64,000 bases of DNA. Source: the human T2T-CHM13v2.0 reference genome, Homo sapiens. The number at the start of each line of letters is the position of its first letter. The first letter of the stretch is position 1. The notes below the pieces were generated by a model. That model made no database searches. It was given only the letters and a program-made list of their open reading frames with translations, and was not told the DNA's origin. The translations under genes and the position numbers were made by a program. Positions 43,000 through 60,221 of this stretch are shown one piece after another. The DNA lies in assembly GCF_009914755.1 (NCBI RefSeq), contig NC_060931.1; one strand, given 5' to 3'.

Positions 43000-43403
43000 G
43001 AGGGTGAATTTTATGTGTCAACCTGGCTAGTCTGTGATACCCAGGAATTTGGTCAAACATTATTTTAGATGTTTCTGTGAAGGTATTGTTAATGAAATTA
43101 ACATTTAAGTCAGGAGACTTCCAGTAAAGCAGATGATCCTCAGAATGCTTCCTATAGGTTAAAGGCCTGAATCGAAAGAGACCGACCTCCCGGGAGAAAG
43201 AGGGAATCCTGCCAGCAGTCCAACTTTGGACTTGAACTGCGGCTCTTCCCAGCCTGCCGGCCCGCCTTGCAGATTTTAGACTTGCACCTCCACAACTGCA
43301 TGGGTCCCTTCCTTAAAATAAATATTTCACCTCTCTCTTTCTCTGTATCTACGTATATACACATCTTATTGGCTCTATTTCTCTGGAGAACCCAGACTAA
43401 TGC
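43000..43403 (+). mobile_element. MLT2 LTR
   Basis: gtgaattttatgtgtcaacctggctag...ctggagaacccagactaatgca. Confidence 0.75.
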
Positions 43404-44199
43404 AGGGTGTGCGGGGAGAATGGGCTTGCATGGCTCTTTACAGTTTTCAAGGCATCATAGCAGCCCCTCCCCTGCACTGAGGCCCTCCCAAAGGCTTGGA
43501 CTGTGTTATCTCCTAGCGAGAGCCTGAAACACCGGCTAAGTCTTAGGACCCAGACCCAGTCCTGTGTGACTCCAAAGCAGTCCTGAGATGCATGAGCCCG
43601 CACTCAAGGACTTCCCCCGGGGTGTGCAGGGATAGGAGCTTCGCCAGCCCTTCACAGCTTACAAATCACCGCACCGAGTGGGCAGAGGGAGGCTCTCCAG
43701 GAGCTGGGCAGGAAGGGCCTTTGTGCTCAGGGGCAGCTTGAACTCCTGCTGGAAAGACAGGAATGCAGGAGCTCAGGTTGGCCACCCCTAGAGGCTCACC
43801 AAGCCAGCTGTGTGGGAAAGAAGAAATGCAGCTTTACAGAGGGGCGTGCACATAGTAGGCCCTCAAGCAATGTATGCCAGTGCTAGCCAGCCCCTCCCTC
43901 TTTGTACCAAGCTCCACCCTGATCCTATTTAGTCCAAGGCTGCGACTTCATTCCTTGAGCCATACCTGCCAGCAGCCCCTAGTCAGAGAGGACCTCAGCA
44001 GGATGTGGAGGTGTCCCTTCCCCCCACAACCTTGTGCTGGGTTGTGAGCCCAACAGCCCTCTGCTTCTCTCCTGCAGCCTTGGGTATTGGCATAGCCTGG
44101 GATGGAGTTATTGCATAAAACTACCTTCACGTGGTTCTCAATCTCCCTTCCTCCCCACCAAGGACTTGTATCGGGAAGGTATCTTCCTATATCAGTCAG

Positions 44200-44586
44200 T
44201 ACTGTAGCAATCAGAGTTCTGCAGAAAAACAGTGCCAATACGATATAGAGACACCGAGATTTATTTTAAGAAATTGGTTTATCTGTTTGTGGGGACTGCA
44301 TGTCTGAAATCTGTAGGGCTTCCAGGAGGCTGGAAACTCAGGCTGGAGTTGGCAGTGCAGTCTTGAAAGAATGTCTCCTCCCAGAAACCTCAGTTCTGTT
44401 CTTACGGCCTTCAGCTAATGGATGGTGAGCCCCAATCACATCAGCAAGGGCAATCTTCTTAATTTAAAGTGGACTGGTTTGTTAACCACATCTATAAAAT
44501 GCCTTCACAACACCCCCTAAAGGAGTGCCTGATTAGATAACTGGATACTATAGCTTGGCCAGCTTGACACATGAAACCAACATCAC
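44200..44586 (-). mobile_element. MLT2 LTR
   Basis: ...ctatagcttggccagcttgacacatgaaaccaacatcac. Confidence 0.7.
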
Positions 44587-46103
44587 GGGTACCCCTTGGG
44601 GATTTTTATGTTGTTGTTGTTATAGCAGCTCCCTGTGGAGGTTGGGCCTCTGTTATTACTGCCATTTGACAGATGAAGAAACAATGATTTAACTGAAGCC
44701 CCAAACCATTTAATAGAAGAATCTCAGATCACCTCACCTCTAACTCTTTTTATCCCCAATAAGTTAATGAATGGGGAACAATTTTGTTGTTTAAAGTCAC
44801 AAAAAAGCCCTGCCTCTAAAGAATTAGGATGTAGGAATGTGAAGCCAGCCCTTGGAGTTCACTCTGTCGGCCACTCTGTGCATCACCTCTAGGTGATGAC
44901 TGGGAGGGGGATCATGGGAGGTCAAGTGGAGGCGGGAAGAAGCAAGATTGGAGGTGAAGGAGGGAAGCTGCGAGGCCGTGGCTCTAGGCACTGCATTATC
45001 AGAACAGGGGATTCAGATTCTGATAGCGACCTTGGAATGTGCAGAAAAAGCTCCAACAGATAAATGCTTATTGAGTGCAGATGGTGTGGGCGGGTGGTGG
45101 CTGGGCTGAGCTGACATCCAGCTTGGGTAACTCAGTTCCACCTCATGTGAATTGAATCAAGCTAATTACCCCAAGCCCATCTCGTCAATTACTTCTTATC
45201 CACCAGCTACTTCTCCAACCTTGATTCTGAACAAAACAAGCCTTTGTGCTTTTATGGAAATGTCAGAAATCTGTCCCTTCTTGCATATGCTTCTCACAAA
45301 GCTGCCTTGTTCCTGAAGCTCTGAAACCACGTGTTCTGACAATAAAAAAAAAGTACAGCTGAGGGAAGACCAGGAGGCTGTTCCAGGAGAGGGCCTGGCT
45401 CTCTTCTCCTGCTGTTCATCCTGCTTTGGCTGCCTGGGGACAGCACGATACGAAAATAAAGTACAGGAAAACCCACTTGGAAAACTGAGCCTGGCTGCCT
45501 GGCAGCTGTTTGGTGAGAACATAGGGAATGTTCTGAAGTCCTGGAGCTGTCAACCAAAGGAAAAGGAACAAAGGGCAGAATCAGACAGGATGTGAAGGGC
45601 TTCTGTGGGCACAGAAGCAGTAGGGTAAGGAAAGAGGATGGGCCTGCTCTTGACTGGTATGAGAGGCATCCAGGACTCCTGGAGCAGCTAAGCGCAGGTC
45701 CTCGGCTCCAGCACATTTATTACAGCATGTTAGATGGGCGGGACCCTGTTACTTTAAGCCTACCATGGCACACACTCACAAAAGTCTCTTTTTAAGAAAA
45801 AAAATCTTTTTTTAAGATAGCAGAAATAACAGCAGGTGTGTATGCTGACATGCGTTACTGAAAGAAAGAGAAAACTTGATGCAAGATAGGAGAGTTGTCG
45901 CAGTGAAACCCTTGAGTAGAAATCAGGGAATGGGCTCTGGAGCACAAGGGGAGGAACCAGCTTCAGGGAGGAGCCAGGCAGCTCATTCACCCAACAGGAG
46001 GGAGAGTCAAGGGGCACCAAAGCTAGGAGTGGAGACATGCAGGTGTTTGCACAGTTTCTCATCTGATTACTCCTTTACAGATTTCTCTGAAATAAGAAGC
46101 TGA

Positions 46104-46404
46104 GGTTGGGTATGGTGGCTCATGTCTGTAATCCTAGCACTTTGGGAAGCCAAGGCTGGAGGACTGCTCGAGCCGAGCGGTTCAAGACTAGCCTGGGCAA
46201 CATGACAAGACTCTGTCTCCACAAAGTATTTTTTAAAAAATTAGCAGAGTGCGGTGGCACATGCCTGTAGCCCCAGCTACACGGAAGGCTGAGACAGGAG
46301 GATCCCTTGAGCCCAGAGGTCAAGACTGCAGTGATCTGTAATCGCACTACTACACTCCAGCCAGAGTGACAGTGAGCGTCTCAAAAAAAAAAAAAAAAAA
46401 AAAA
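46104..46404 (+). mobile_element. AluJ
   Basis: Alu consensus match. Confidence 0.85.
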
Positions 46405-46627
46405 GAAGAAGAAGAAGACAGAGGTGGAAAGAGTTTTAGCAGAGAGAGCATTGTGCTTGGGAAAGGGTTCCTTCCTGCCAGGCGGCACTGAGGATCCCGT
46501 GAAGTTCAAAAAAAAAAAAAAAAAAAGAAGAAGAAGACAGAGGTGGAAAGAGTTTTAGCAGAGAGAGCAGTGTGCTTGGGAAAGGGTTCCTGCCTGCCAG
46601 GCGGCACTGAGGATCCCGTGAAGTTCA
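46381..46627 (+). repeat. Tandem duplication of about 120 bp including the Alu poly(A) tail
   Basis: Units 46381-46505 and 46506-46624; 2 substitutions. Confidence 0.95.
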
Positions 46628-47050
46628 GGGTCTGAATCTAAAACCACTCCGTTCAACTGTATGTTTTCCCCAGAGATGCTCAACTGCACGAGTGCAGGTG
46701 CAGAGTGAAGAGTTATTTCTCATCAGCGTTCAGGTTTTGCCAAGAGAGTGTAAAGAAGAGAGCAGACTAAGGGTGTTGCAAATGCGAGAAGGTGGTTATT
46801 ATGACTGACTGTGGCATTGAGGTTGCTCAAGGAGGGAAGAGGGGACCAGCGGAAGGTGGGAGGACGGTAGATTCAGATCCTGGCCAATTAAAGAGTTATT
46901 AGACTTGGGGGACTAGAAGTAGTGAGCTGGAAAAATAGGAGGTGGTGGTCAGACAACTGCTTGAAATTGAGGATTGCAGGCACAGCTACTGGGAATCCCC
47001 AAGGCTAGTCTGAGATGTGGCCACAGAATGAGTAACTGAGATGAGCAAAG

Positions 47051-48551
<1,501 letters not shown>

Positions 48552-49500
48552 AAAGGGCCAGATCATGGAGCTCAAGGAACTAGAAGCCAAGGTGTGGGAA
48601 GGATGAGCTCTGTGGATATGAAGTCTCCAACTATGAAGACAAGAATTTTGGAGACAGGAACAGTGACCAACACACTAACATCCTCAGAGAAGGAGGGTTG
48701 GTCTGTAGATGCCAACAACAAAAAGGTGCATAGGTAGAAAATCCAATGGTGTGAGGTTCAAAGCAAAAGCACAGTAGAGATGTCCTGTAGGATCTGGAAT
48801 TAAAGTTCTTCCCCATTCCTCACTATCCTGAAGTAAAGTACTAGTTTTGTTAGTCAGCTTCCAGTAGAGTTTTGCAAAGGTTACATTTCACATAAATATG
48901 TTATCTAACTATGTAACAAAAAGAAAAATGTGTAGAGGAATGGCTTACCACAGATTACATAAAAATAATTGTCGATTTTTGCATGGGCTAAGACTGCAAA
49001 ATGTCTCCTAAGAACAAATTGGATACATTATGTAATCAACATAAAATAGGAAAGAAAAACTTCTTCAAAAGAGCAGAATTTGTTTAGAAACTTCACTAGC
49101 AAGCGGTGAAAAAAAATACATGACTTTTCGTCAACTAAGTGTATACATAAGGAAGATATCTTCCATAAAAGCAAGAGTACTGTGGACTCTGGGCAGTGTG
49201 TTTAAAAATGTGAAGTTAAAATTTAAAAAAAAATTTTTTTTGAAGGCTGGGCATGGTGGCTCATGCCTATAATCCCAACACTTTAGGAGGGGAAGGAGCG
49301 TAGCTTGATCCCAGGAGTTGGAGACCAGCCTAGGCAACATAGCAAGACCCCATCTCTCTATTTAAAAAAATAGTAAATTAATAAAAGTGTGAAAGTGACC
49401 ATGTAACCAGGCTTTGATCTCTGTGCCCACCAATTTCCCAAAGTGTAGAAAATCTTCAGGCTTGTTTTCTTAAGGAAGAGCTGCCATACTATAAAGGAAA

Positions 49501-49848
49501 TGCTATGATCTGAATATTTGTGTCCACCCAAAATTTGTATGTTAAAATCCTAACTCTGATGGTATTAGGAGGTGGGGGTCTTTGAGAGGTGATTAGGTCA
49601 TGGGCAGAGCCCACGTGAATGGAATTAGTGCCCTTACAATCAAGGCCCCAGAGTGATCCTCCTCCCCCTCACCTTGTGAGGTTACAATGAGAAGGTGGCA
49701 ATCTGTGAGGAAGTAGACTCTCACCAGATCTCTCAGTGCCTTCCTTGATCTTGGACTTCACAGCCTCCAGAACCATAAGAAATAAATTTCTGTTAAGCCA
49801 CTCAGTTTTTAGTGTATTTTATTATAGCAGCCCAAACAGACTAAGACA
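49501..49848 (+). mobile_element. MLT1A0-type LTR
   Basis: TGCTATGATCTGAATATTTGTGTCC...AGCAGCCCAAACAGACTAAGACA. Confidence 0.8.
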
Positions 49849-49858
49849 GTAACCAATA

Positions 49859-50347
49859 CAGTAGTTCCCCCTTATCCTTGGGGACCACATTCCAAGACCC
49901 CCAGCAGATGCCTGAAATCAAGGATAGTACCAAACCCCTATATAGACTATGTTTTTTCCTACACATACATACCTATGACAAAGTTTATGAATTAGGCATC
50001 CCTAATAACAAGATACCCAGCAATAAAATGCAACAATTATAACAATATCGTAATATTTTCAAGGGTTACCTGAGGACAAGCACTGCAGTGCCTCGACGGT
50101 CAATCTGATCACCAAGACAGCTACTAAGGGGGCGGGTATCCTCCACAGCATGGAGATGCTAGACCAAGAAATGATTCGAGTCTTGGGTGGGAAAGAACAG
50201 GATGGTGAGAGATTTCATCAGGCTACTCAATTTAAAACTTACATATTATTTATTTCTGGCATTTTGTATTTAATATTTTTGTATCTCAGTTGACTGCAGG
50301 TAACTTAAACCAGGGAATGAGAAACTAAGGATAAGGGGAGGCTACTG
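49859..50347. mobile_element. MER2/Tigger-family DNA transposon, TA TSD
   Basis: TA-CAGTAGTTCCCCCTTATCC...GGATAAGGGGAGGCTACTG-TA. Confidence 0.8.
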
Positions 50348-50354
50348 TATAGGA

Positions 50355-51152
50355 TTTTTTATTTTTATTTTTATTTTTATTTTTGAGGTAAGGTCTTGCT
50401 CTGTCACCCAGGCTGGAGTGCAGTGGTATGACCATGGCTCACTGCAACCTTGACCTCCCGGGCTCAAGTGATCCTCCCGCCTCAGTGTCCTGAGTAGCTG
50501 GGATTACAAGTACACACCACTATGCCCGGCTAATTTTTGTATTCTTTGTAGAGATGAGGTCTTGCTAGGTTGGCAGGACTTCTCTCCAACTCCTGAGCTC
50601 AAGCAATCTTCCTGCCATGGCTTCCCAAAGTGCTGGGATTACAGGCATGAGCCACAGTGCCTTGCCCTGTATAAGATTTTTAATTAAGGACTGTAGTAGG
50701 CTGAATAATGGCCCCCAGAGATATTTATGTCCTAAACACCAAAACCTGTGAATGTCACCTTCTATGGCAAAGTCCCTTCTATGGCAAAGGGACTTTTGCA
50801 GATATATTAATCACTACATTAAGGATCTTGAGATGGGGCGATTATCCTAAGTTAACTGTGTGGGTTCCAAATGTAATCAAAGTGTCCTTATAAAAGAGAG
50901 GCACACAGGTCAAAGGAAACAGAAGATGGGACAAGGGAAGCAGAGGTGGGAGTATTGTGCTTTTAAGACGGGGAAGGGGCCACAAGCCAAGGAATGCGGG
51001 CCCCTTCTAGACTCTAGACACTGGAAAAGTCTGGGAAATGGATTGTCCCCTACAACCTCCAGGAGGAAGCAGCCCTGCCCACACCTTGGTGCCCCTGTAA
51101 GACTCACTTTAGACCTCTGAGCTGCATTTCTTCCAGGAATGTATACATTTGT
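50355..51152. mobile_element. AluJ(-) ~50355-50666 followed by MLT1C/D-type LTR(+) ~50692-51152
   Basis: Consensus motifs. Confidence 0.75.
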
Positions 51153-52610
51153 ATTCTTTCAAGACACGCAGTTTGTGGTCATTTGTTACAGCAGCCATAG
51201 GAAATGATGACAGGGACAAGAAAGATAAAGTCTTCAAGCCCGGCACTTACAAAACTTCCTTGCATAGAATACTCTGACCTACCATTGTCCTCCCTGGGAT
51301 GTTTCTGGTAGAGCCAATGGAAGGCTGTGTTTTTCTTTTGCCTTTGCAATGACAGTGGAAGGCTAGGAGGGCATCATCCTCAGCTGCAGCAGGAGAGGAT
51401 GAGGTCAGCAAGCAAGGAGAAGCAGCAAAGGGAGGCAGAGAGAGACAGGCAGGAGAGAAGCCTAGGTTCTTATCCTTCAGGCCCTAGTTCTTCTACCTCT
51501 CCCAGTTTCCTTCCTTCCCAGCTGCAAGAACCAACAAATCCCACCCACTTCCCATTTTTTTAGTTAAACTTTTCTCATTTGCAGCCAAAAGGACTCTGAC
51601 TAATTATGCAGAGATCTCTTGTGTGGCTCAGCAGAGAATTTAGAGGCTGTGACCATCTTCTGATGGCTGTGCTGGGGCAGAGCTGGGGGTGCCGCAGGTA
51701 CAGCACTCTACAAGAGCCTGCCAGGTCACAGGGATGCCAGGCTTCAAGGACCTGCAAGATCCTCCCTTTCCTTTAGGATCCATCTGTGAGTCAAAGTTTT
51801 TAAAGGTATTTTCAGCCTGGATCATCTTTGGGGATATTATCTGTCATGCTCCTGTTACCTTTTATTTACTTCTCACTCAACTCCCAAGCACGCAGGCATG
51901 ACTACTCCTATAATATTCCAGGATCTAGGACTCGCTGGGCAAATTCACTCACTGGGCATCATTCAGGATTGTTCTTAGAAGTATTATTATCACTCTGCTC
52001 CATCATATTCTAGAATTCAGCTGTATCACACTCCTTCCCCTGCTTCACTTCTCGCCCCCTTAAAGACTGAAATTCCTCATGCTCAGTGACACTCCTCCTT
52101 CCTCCTGGGTCCACTGTCTCCGGAAGGACAGCAACTAGAATTGTTCCAGGAGACAAAAAATGTCTGCCCTTCTCACTGAGGTGCCTGACAGTCAGTGGTG
52201 GGGACATCAGGGCATTGGTCCAATGCACCCCAGGACTGGTCTTCAGGGTTGGCCACTCTGAACCCATCACCCAACACAGAGGGTCGGAATAAACATCCCT
52301 GCATGTGTGTGCTTGAAACTGCACACGCCGAAGTCATCTCCCTCTTCCTTGTCAATTCCTCCCCTTTGGCTCCTGTTACCACCACCCTGCAGAACTGAAG
52401 GGAATCTGGCATCACGTGGATCTCACTGTGCGTTCCCAACTCTGGCTCACGGTCTCAGGACGCCTCCCTTAAGAAATCCCGCTGATTTACTTTCCCACCT
52501 GGAGAAATGCTCCCATAGCATATCCCAAAGCCAGGTCGTAAGCCCCTCCTCCCCACCTGGTGACCCCTCCCATTTCCAAGGTCACTCGGCATGAAAGGCT
52601 ATTTGAAGGT

Positions 52611-52616
52611 TTTATT
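52611..52616 (-). terminator. AATAAA on minus strand, possible relic poly(A) signal of SLC23A4P
   Basis: TTTATT on plus strand, 1.3 kb past the last recognisable exon. Confidence 0.3.
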
Positions 52617-55543
52617 GAAGGAGCTCTGGAGGGAAAGGAAGAAGTCTGAGACCACAGTGAGAGCATCTGTGCCCTTCATAGCCCTGCCTCCCCATACACA
52701 CCCATCTCCATGGGGTCCGCACTCCTGATGTGTTCCCTCCCTGAGAGCCGGGATGCGCAGCTTTTAGATCCGCTTAGTTACAGACATTGCACTTGGTGGG
52801 CCCCCACTGCTAACACACAAGAATACACGCACTTGCCCCTCTCCGAGCACACACACCCTTCCCGCCCATTCTGATGGGAGACGGAAAATCACCAAGCCTT
52901 GGAAAGTAGGTTACAGGGACTGACTTCCCCACCCAATGCCAAGCAGCAATGGGTGAATGGCCAGTATGGAGGGCAGAGGAGCCCCTGCTAGAAGGGGCTC
53001 CTGGAACAATTGCAGATGTTCCCCCTTCCCCCATCCCCACAGCAACATGTCTCCCCCTCTTTTTCCCCAAGGAGAGGGTTTGGCCAAGCCAGGAGAGAGC
53101 TCCTGGTGGGAGAGGAGGTGTTGAAGGAGGGCATGGATATTTTTTCTTGCTAGTAGGACCCAGAGTCCATCAAAAATTAGTCAGTGAGCCTGGGAGGCTG
53201 AGGCTGCAGTGAGCTGTGGTCATATCACTGCACCCCAACCTGGGTGACAGAGTGAGACCCTGTCTCAAAAAAAAAAAAAAAAAAAAAAAGAAATCCAGAT
53301 TGAGTCCCCTACAGAAACAATGGAAGATTCTGGAGAAGCCCAAAGCAATGGTGAGCTCAACTTCCCAGCAGCCTGCAGTCTACTCTGGTAGACAAGTAGT
53401 CTAGAGTCTGAGCAGGCTACATCCGGTCCTGCCACACCTGGACTTAGCCTCCTTGGCCCGCTACCCCCTTGTCTACCTGGAAGGGCTCTTCAGTCCCCAC
53501 CCCATGACTCCTGAAGGGGAGGCTGAAGAGCAGTGGGAAGGCAGGGCCAAGGGACATGTGTGGACAGAGCAGGGGACAGCAGTGTGTGGTGACACCACAG
53601 AGGACTGCTGGCTATGTGTTCAGCTTTCCTTCTGCTTGGGTAGACAACACTGGGCCACAGTTCCCTGAGCTGGATGAGGCTGGAGCGGCAGGGATGTAGA
53701 GGAGGGGCAGAAGGAGTGGGGGTGCCCCTTACTGCTCCCGAACACCAGCCTGGTGGAGTGGGCCCAGAGGGGGAGGGGATGGAGAGGCCAGCAGGACCCT
53801 CTGCCTCTTTAGAGAAGAAGAGAGCCGGTCTTGTCACCTTAGAGCCAGTGGCCCCATGTTTACCCCTGCCCTACCTCAGGCCTGCCCTACCCTGCCCTAC
53901 CTCAGGAGCGAGGTGAGTCCTACCGGGGATGGTGTTGTCTAGAAGAAAACCCAGAAATCCACTGATGAACATGCCCATGGTCAGCAGCATCTGAACAACC
54001 TGGTCCGGCTGGAGAACCCCTGGAGTGGAGACAAAAGCGACACATCCATGGGGACCGGGGGCTGCGCTGGCTCTGCCCCTGGAGCAGAGACAGTCAAGAG
54101 GGCAGGGAACAGTCACCTGTCTGGAGCATCTCGGGGTTTTTGCTCACCCGGTTGGGAATGGTGAGCCCACAGTAGATGGAGAAGCCAAAGGCGAAGAGGC
54201 TCCTGGACAAGTTCATCTCCACGTACTGCGGGAGACAGGACCTAGAGGCAGGCGGGGCCATCAGCACCTTCACTGCTGGTTTGCAGAGGTCTGGATGCTT
54301 CTGGCTGTTTCTTTGCTCCATTTAGGGGCCAGTGTGGTATCTGGGACCCAGGACTGACTTCTCCTCCTCCCCTGCCCCAGCCCCATCCATCTCAGTCCCA
54401 TCCATCTCAGTCCCACCAGCTCCTCTCAGGAGAGGCACTGCTGCTGCCTTCCCAAGAGCACCTCGCTCGCCTCACCTGCAGATTGGAGATCCCCACGGCA
54501 GTGATGACCCCAAACAGGGTCATGCCTCCGATCACGGGGGTGGGGACATGCCTCCGATCACGGGGTGGGGATGGTGGCAAACGCAGCCCTGATCTTCCCA
54601 AATGCGCCCATCAGGAGCAGCACACGGCCCGCGGTGACAATCACTGCCCTGCTCCCCACCTGCAGCAGCCAGGGACAGAGAGTGAGGAGCACCAGCCAGG
54701 CCAGGCGCCCCCGGAGGCCTCTGCCCACTGCAGGAGCAGCACCACCTCATCCCATACCACTCCCTCTGCTCCCAAACGGGGCTTGGGAAAGGATGAAGGT
54801 GTACGCTGGGCACACGGCCTGTGCCCTCACCTCATCACTTCTGTCTTCTCTCATGTCTTCAGGTCCTGGCTCTGATGCTTCCCTCCCAGGAAGCCTGGAC
54901 AGCAAGGCCAGGGAAAGCTCACCAAGGAAGAGCGGCCCAGCGCTTCAGAATGGAGGTTTGAAAGCCAATCCCAGCTCCGCCTCTAACTAGCTCTGTGACT
55001 TTGGGTGCGTTACCTAATCTCTCCGAATGTCAGCCTCCACGTGAGCCACAGGGGATTGATAACACCTACTTCACAAGGCTAAGTCCTGTCACGTAGGTGA
55101 AGTGCTTACAATAGTAAGCACTGAGCATAGTCGGTGCTCAATAAAGGGCAGAGGTTTTTTGCAAGGGATAGAGGTGTAAAGTTCTCGTGTATGATGCTAC
55201 GTCTCTGCGGGCGGCCCGTGCTGTTATCCACTCAGATCATGTGTTTCTATTTCCCCACCAGATCTATTCCCCAAAGACAGGAATCTCGCTCATTTTGCCT
55301 CCTGTAGCCGCACCTTGACCACAACACTCCTGTGGCCATACGCACCTGATATGCACATGTTTAATATATCATAGAGGGCCAGAGCAGGACGGAAACCTGG
55401 AGGGTGCCTTGTTCAAACCTCTCATTTTACAGAAGAGAAAATCAAAGCCCAAAGAGAGGGAGCAAGGGGCCCAAGGCCACAGGGTAGTCACGCTTGCATA
55501 ACACCAGGTCTCCTGTGTCCAGCCTGGCAATTAGTACCCTGAG

Positions 55544-58243
<2,700 letters not shown>

Positions 58244-59123
58244 ATTCTTACCACATCAAAAGAACATTTTGTTTTGTTTTGTTTACAATCCTAACAATTA
58301 ACTATGGGAACAATTTGTGAGGATCAACCAACGCCCTTTGGATCTGCGGATGGTCTCATAAAGATTGCAGTCACCCGCCAATTCCACTTCTCATGCAGCC
58401 CTGGGCCTCTTCTGGCCTCAGAACTGACTTTTGGGCAGGGAGCTGTGGTACCCTAGAGAAGTGGCAGGAGATCTCTGGTCTTGGGCCTGACGTCCCCCTA
58501 CTCACGTGGAGAACCAAATGGCCAGAGCTCATCCTTGCGAAGACGCAACACGAAGCAATACCTTAAAAGGCCACGAGGGGGAGGTGTGATTCCATAAATG
58601 AAGTGGTCTTTGCACTGGTGCCTCTTTCAGGGTTAATCTAAGCCTTCTAATTGATTCGTAGCCTGCTGTGTCTATGTATCTTTCTTTCTTTCCTCTCCTT
58701 TAAGGGCCTTATTTTAGAGATAATACATCAAATAAATGTTTGTTCTGTATATTGAATATAGTTTTATGTTCTGCATGAAATGCACTCCCTTTAGCAGGAA
58801 AAAAAATATTTGCTGCTTTATACTTATTTGTTCCTCTCCAGCTATGTTTCAGCGTGGTTCAGTGGTCCTCCTGTGGAAAACGTTCCCCTCGCCTGCGCTA
58901 AAGGCTTTGAAACCTTGGACAAGTATCAAAGAGTCCATGATGTCACAGAATGTAGAATCTGCTTTTGGGGTAGATGCTGGCTCAGCTATTTGCTCACATA
59001 TCAACTATAGCTGTGTGCCAGAGGCATGCAGGAGGACAGAGGTGGGCAGATCTGATAATAGAAAGACACGATGCTACCAAGCTGCATGTCAGAACCACTG
59101 ATGGAGCTATGAGAAAATGCAAG

Positions 59124-59430
59124 GGGGGCACGGTGGCTCACACCTGTAATCCCAGCTCTTTGGGAGGCCGAGGTGGGTGGATCACCTGAGGTCAGGAGTT
59201 TGAGACCAGCCTGGACAACATGGTGAAACCCCATCTCTACTAAAAATACAAAAATCTTCCAGGCGTGGTGGTGGACACCTGTAATCCCAGCTACTCAGGA
59301 GGCTGAGGCAGGAGAATCACTTGAATCTGGGAGGCGGAAGTTGCAGTGAGCCAGGATCGTGCCACTGCACTCTAGCCTGGGGAACAGAGGGAAACTCCAT
59401 CTCAAAAATAATAATAATAATGAAAGAAAA
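59124..59430 (+). mobile_element. AluS, TSD AGAAAATGCAAGG
   Basis: Alu consensus match and flanking direct repeat. Confidence 0.88.
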
Positions 59431-60221
59431 AAGAAAATGCAAGGTGGAGTGTGGGCAGCAGGGAGGGTCTGTATTGTTCCAAAGCTCACAGGACTTGTGC
59501 TGGGAACTGCAGAGGTCCACTGAGATACGTGGAAAGCAATGTGATTAGACACCATCATTTCCATGTCACCTTAGAAAGCTCCATCCTGAAGAATTCCTGC
59601 TGACCTTATGGAGCTTTCCTGTGAAAAAATGGAGAGCCATGAAGAGATTTTAAGCAGAGACTAATCTCATCAGAATTAGGTTCTAGAAAGATCCTTGGGT
59701 AGCCAGGTGGTAGAATGACATGGGCAAGATTCTGGAAAGAAAGAATGTAAGAGGTCACTGCACGTCCAAGTGCAATGATGAAGCCATGGGCCTGGAAATG
59801 GAGAAAAGAGGACAGGAAGCAAGTGGGGGTGTTGAGAAAATAGAACCCCCCAGTGAGGGTGCAGAACAGCAAGAAGCTACAGATAATGTGGGTGACTGGG
59901 TGGGCCCAGTAAGACAAGGATCGCAGAAGTCAGGAAGGGGGCACGGGCTGAGCTTCACAGAGGCCACTGAGGGTGAGGTGCCCTTAGGACATCAGGCAGG
60001 GATGGTTGGGACACACGTGAATATTCAGGGTTGGAGCTCAGATGCAGGGCTGGGTCGGAGGTAATGAAACTCCCCACTACACTTCAGAAAGCCACCAAAG
60101 AGCTCTGCCAGGGCCAGTATTGAATTTCTGCCTGTGGAATCACCACAAGCAAAGAAGGCCAGATGTGGAAGACAAAATCATAGCCCCTTACAGAGGCCCG
60201 CGCCCTTCTCCCCAAACCTGT

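Noticed and set aside
51620-53900. Search for the terminal SLC23A4P coding exon (SLEERGL-like)
   Set aside because: No convincing match; cannot tell deletion from divergence without alignment.
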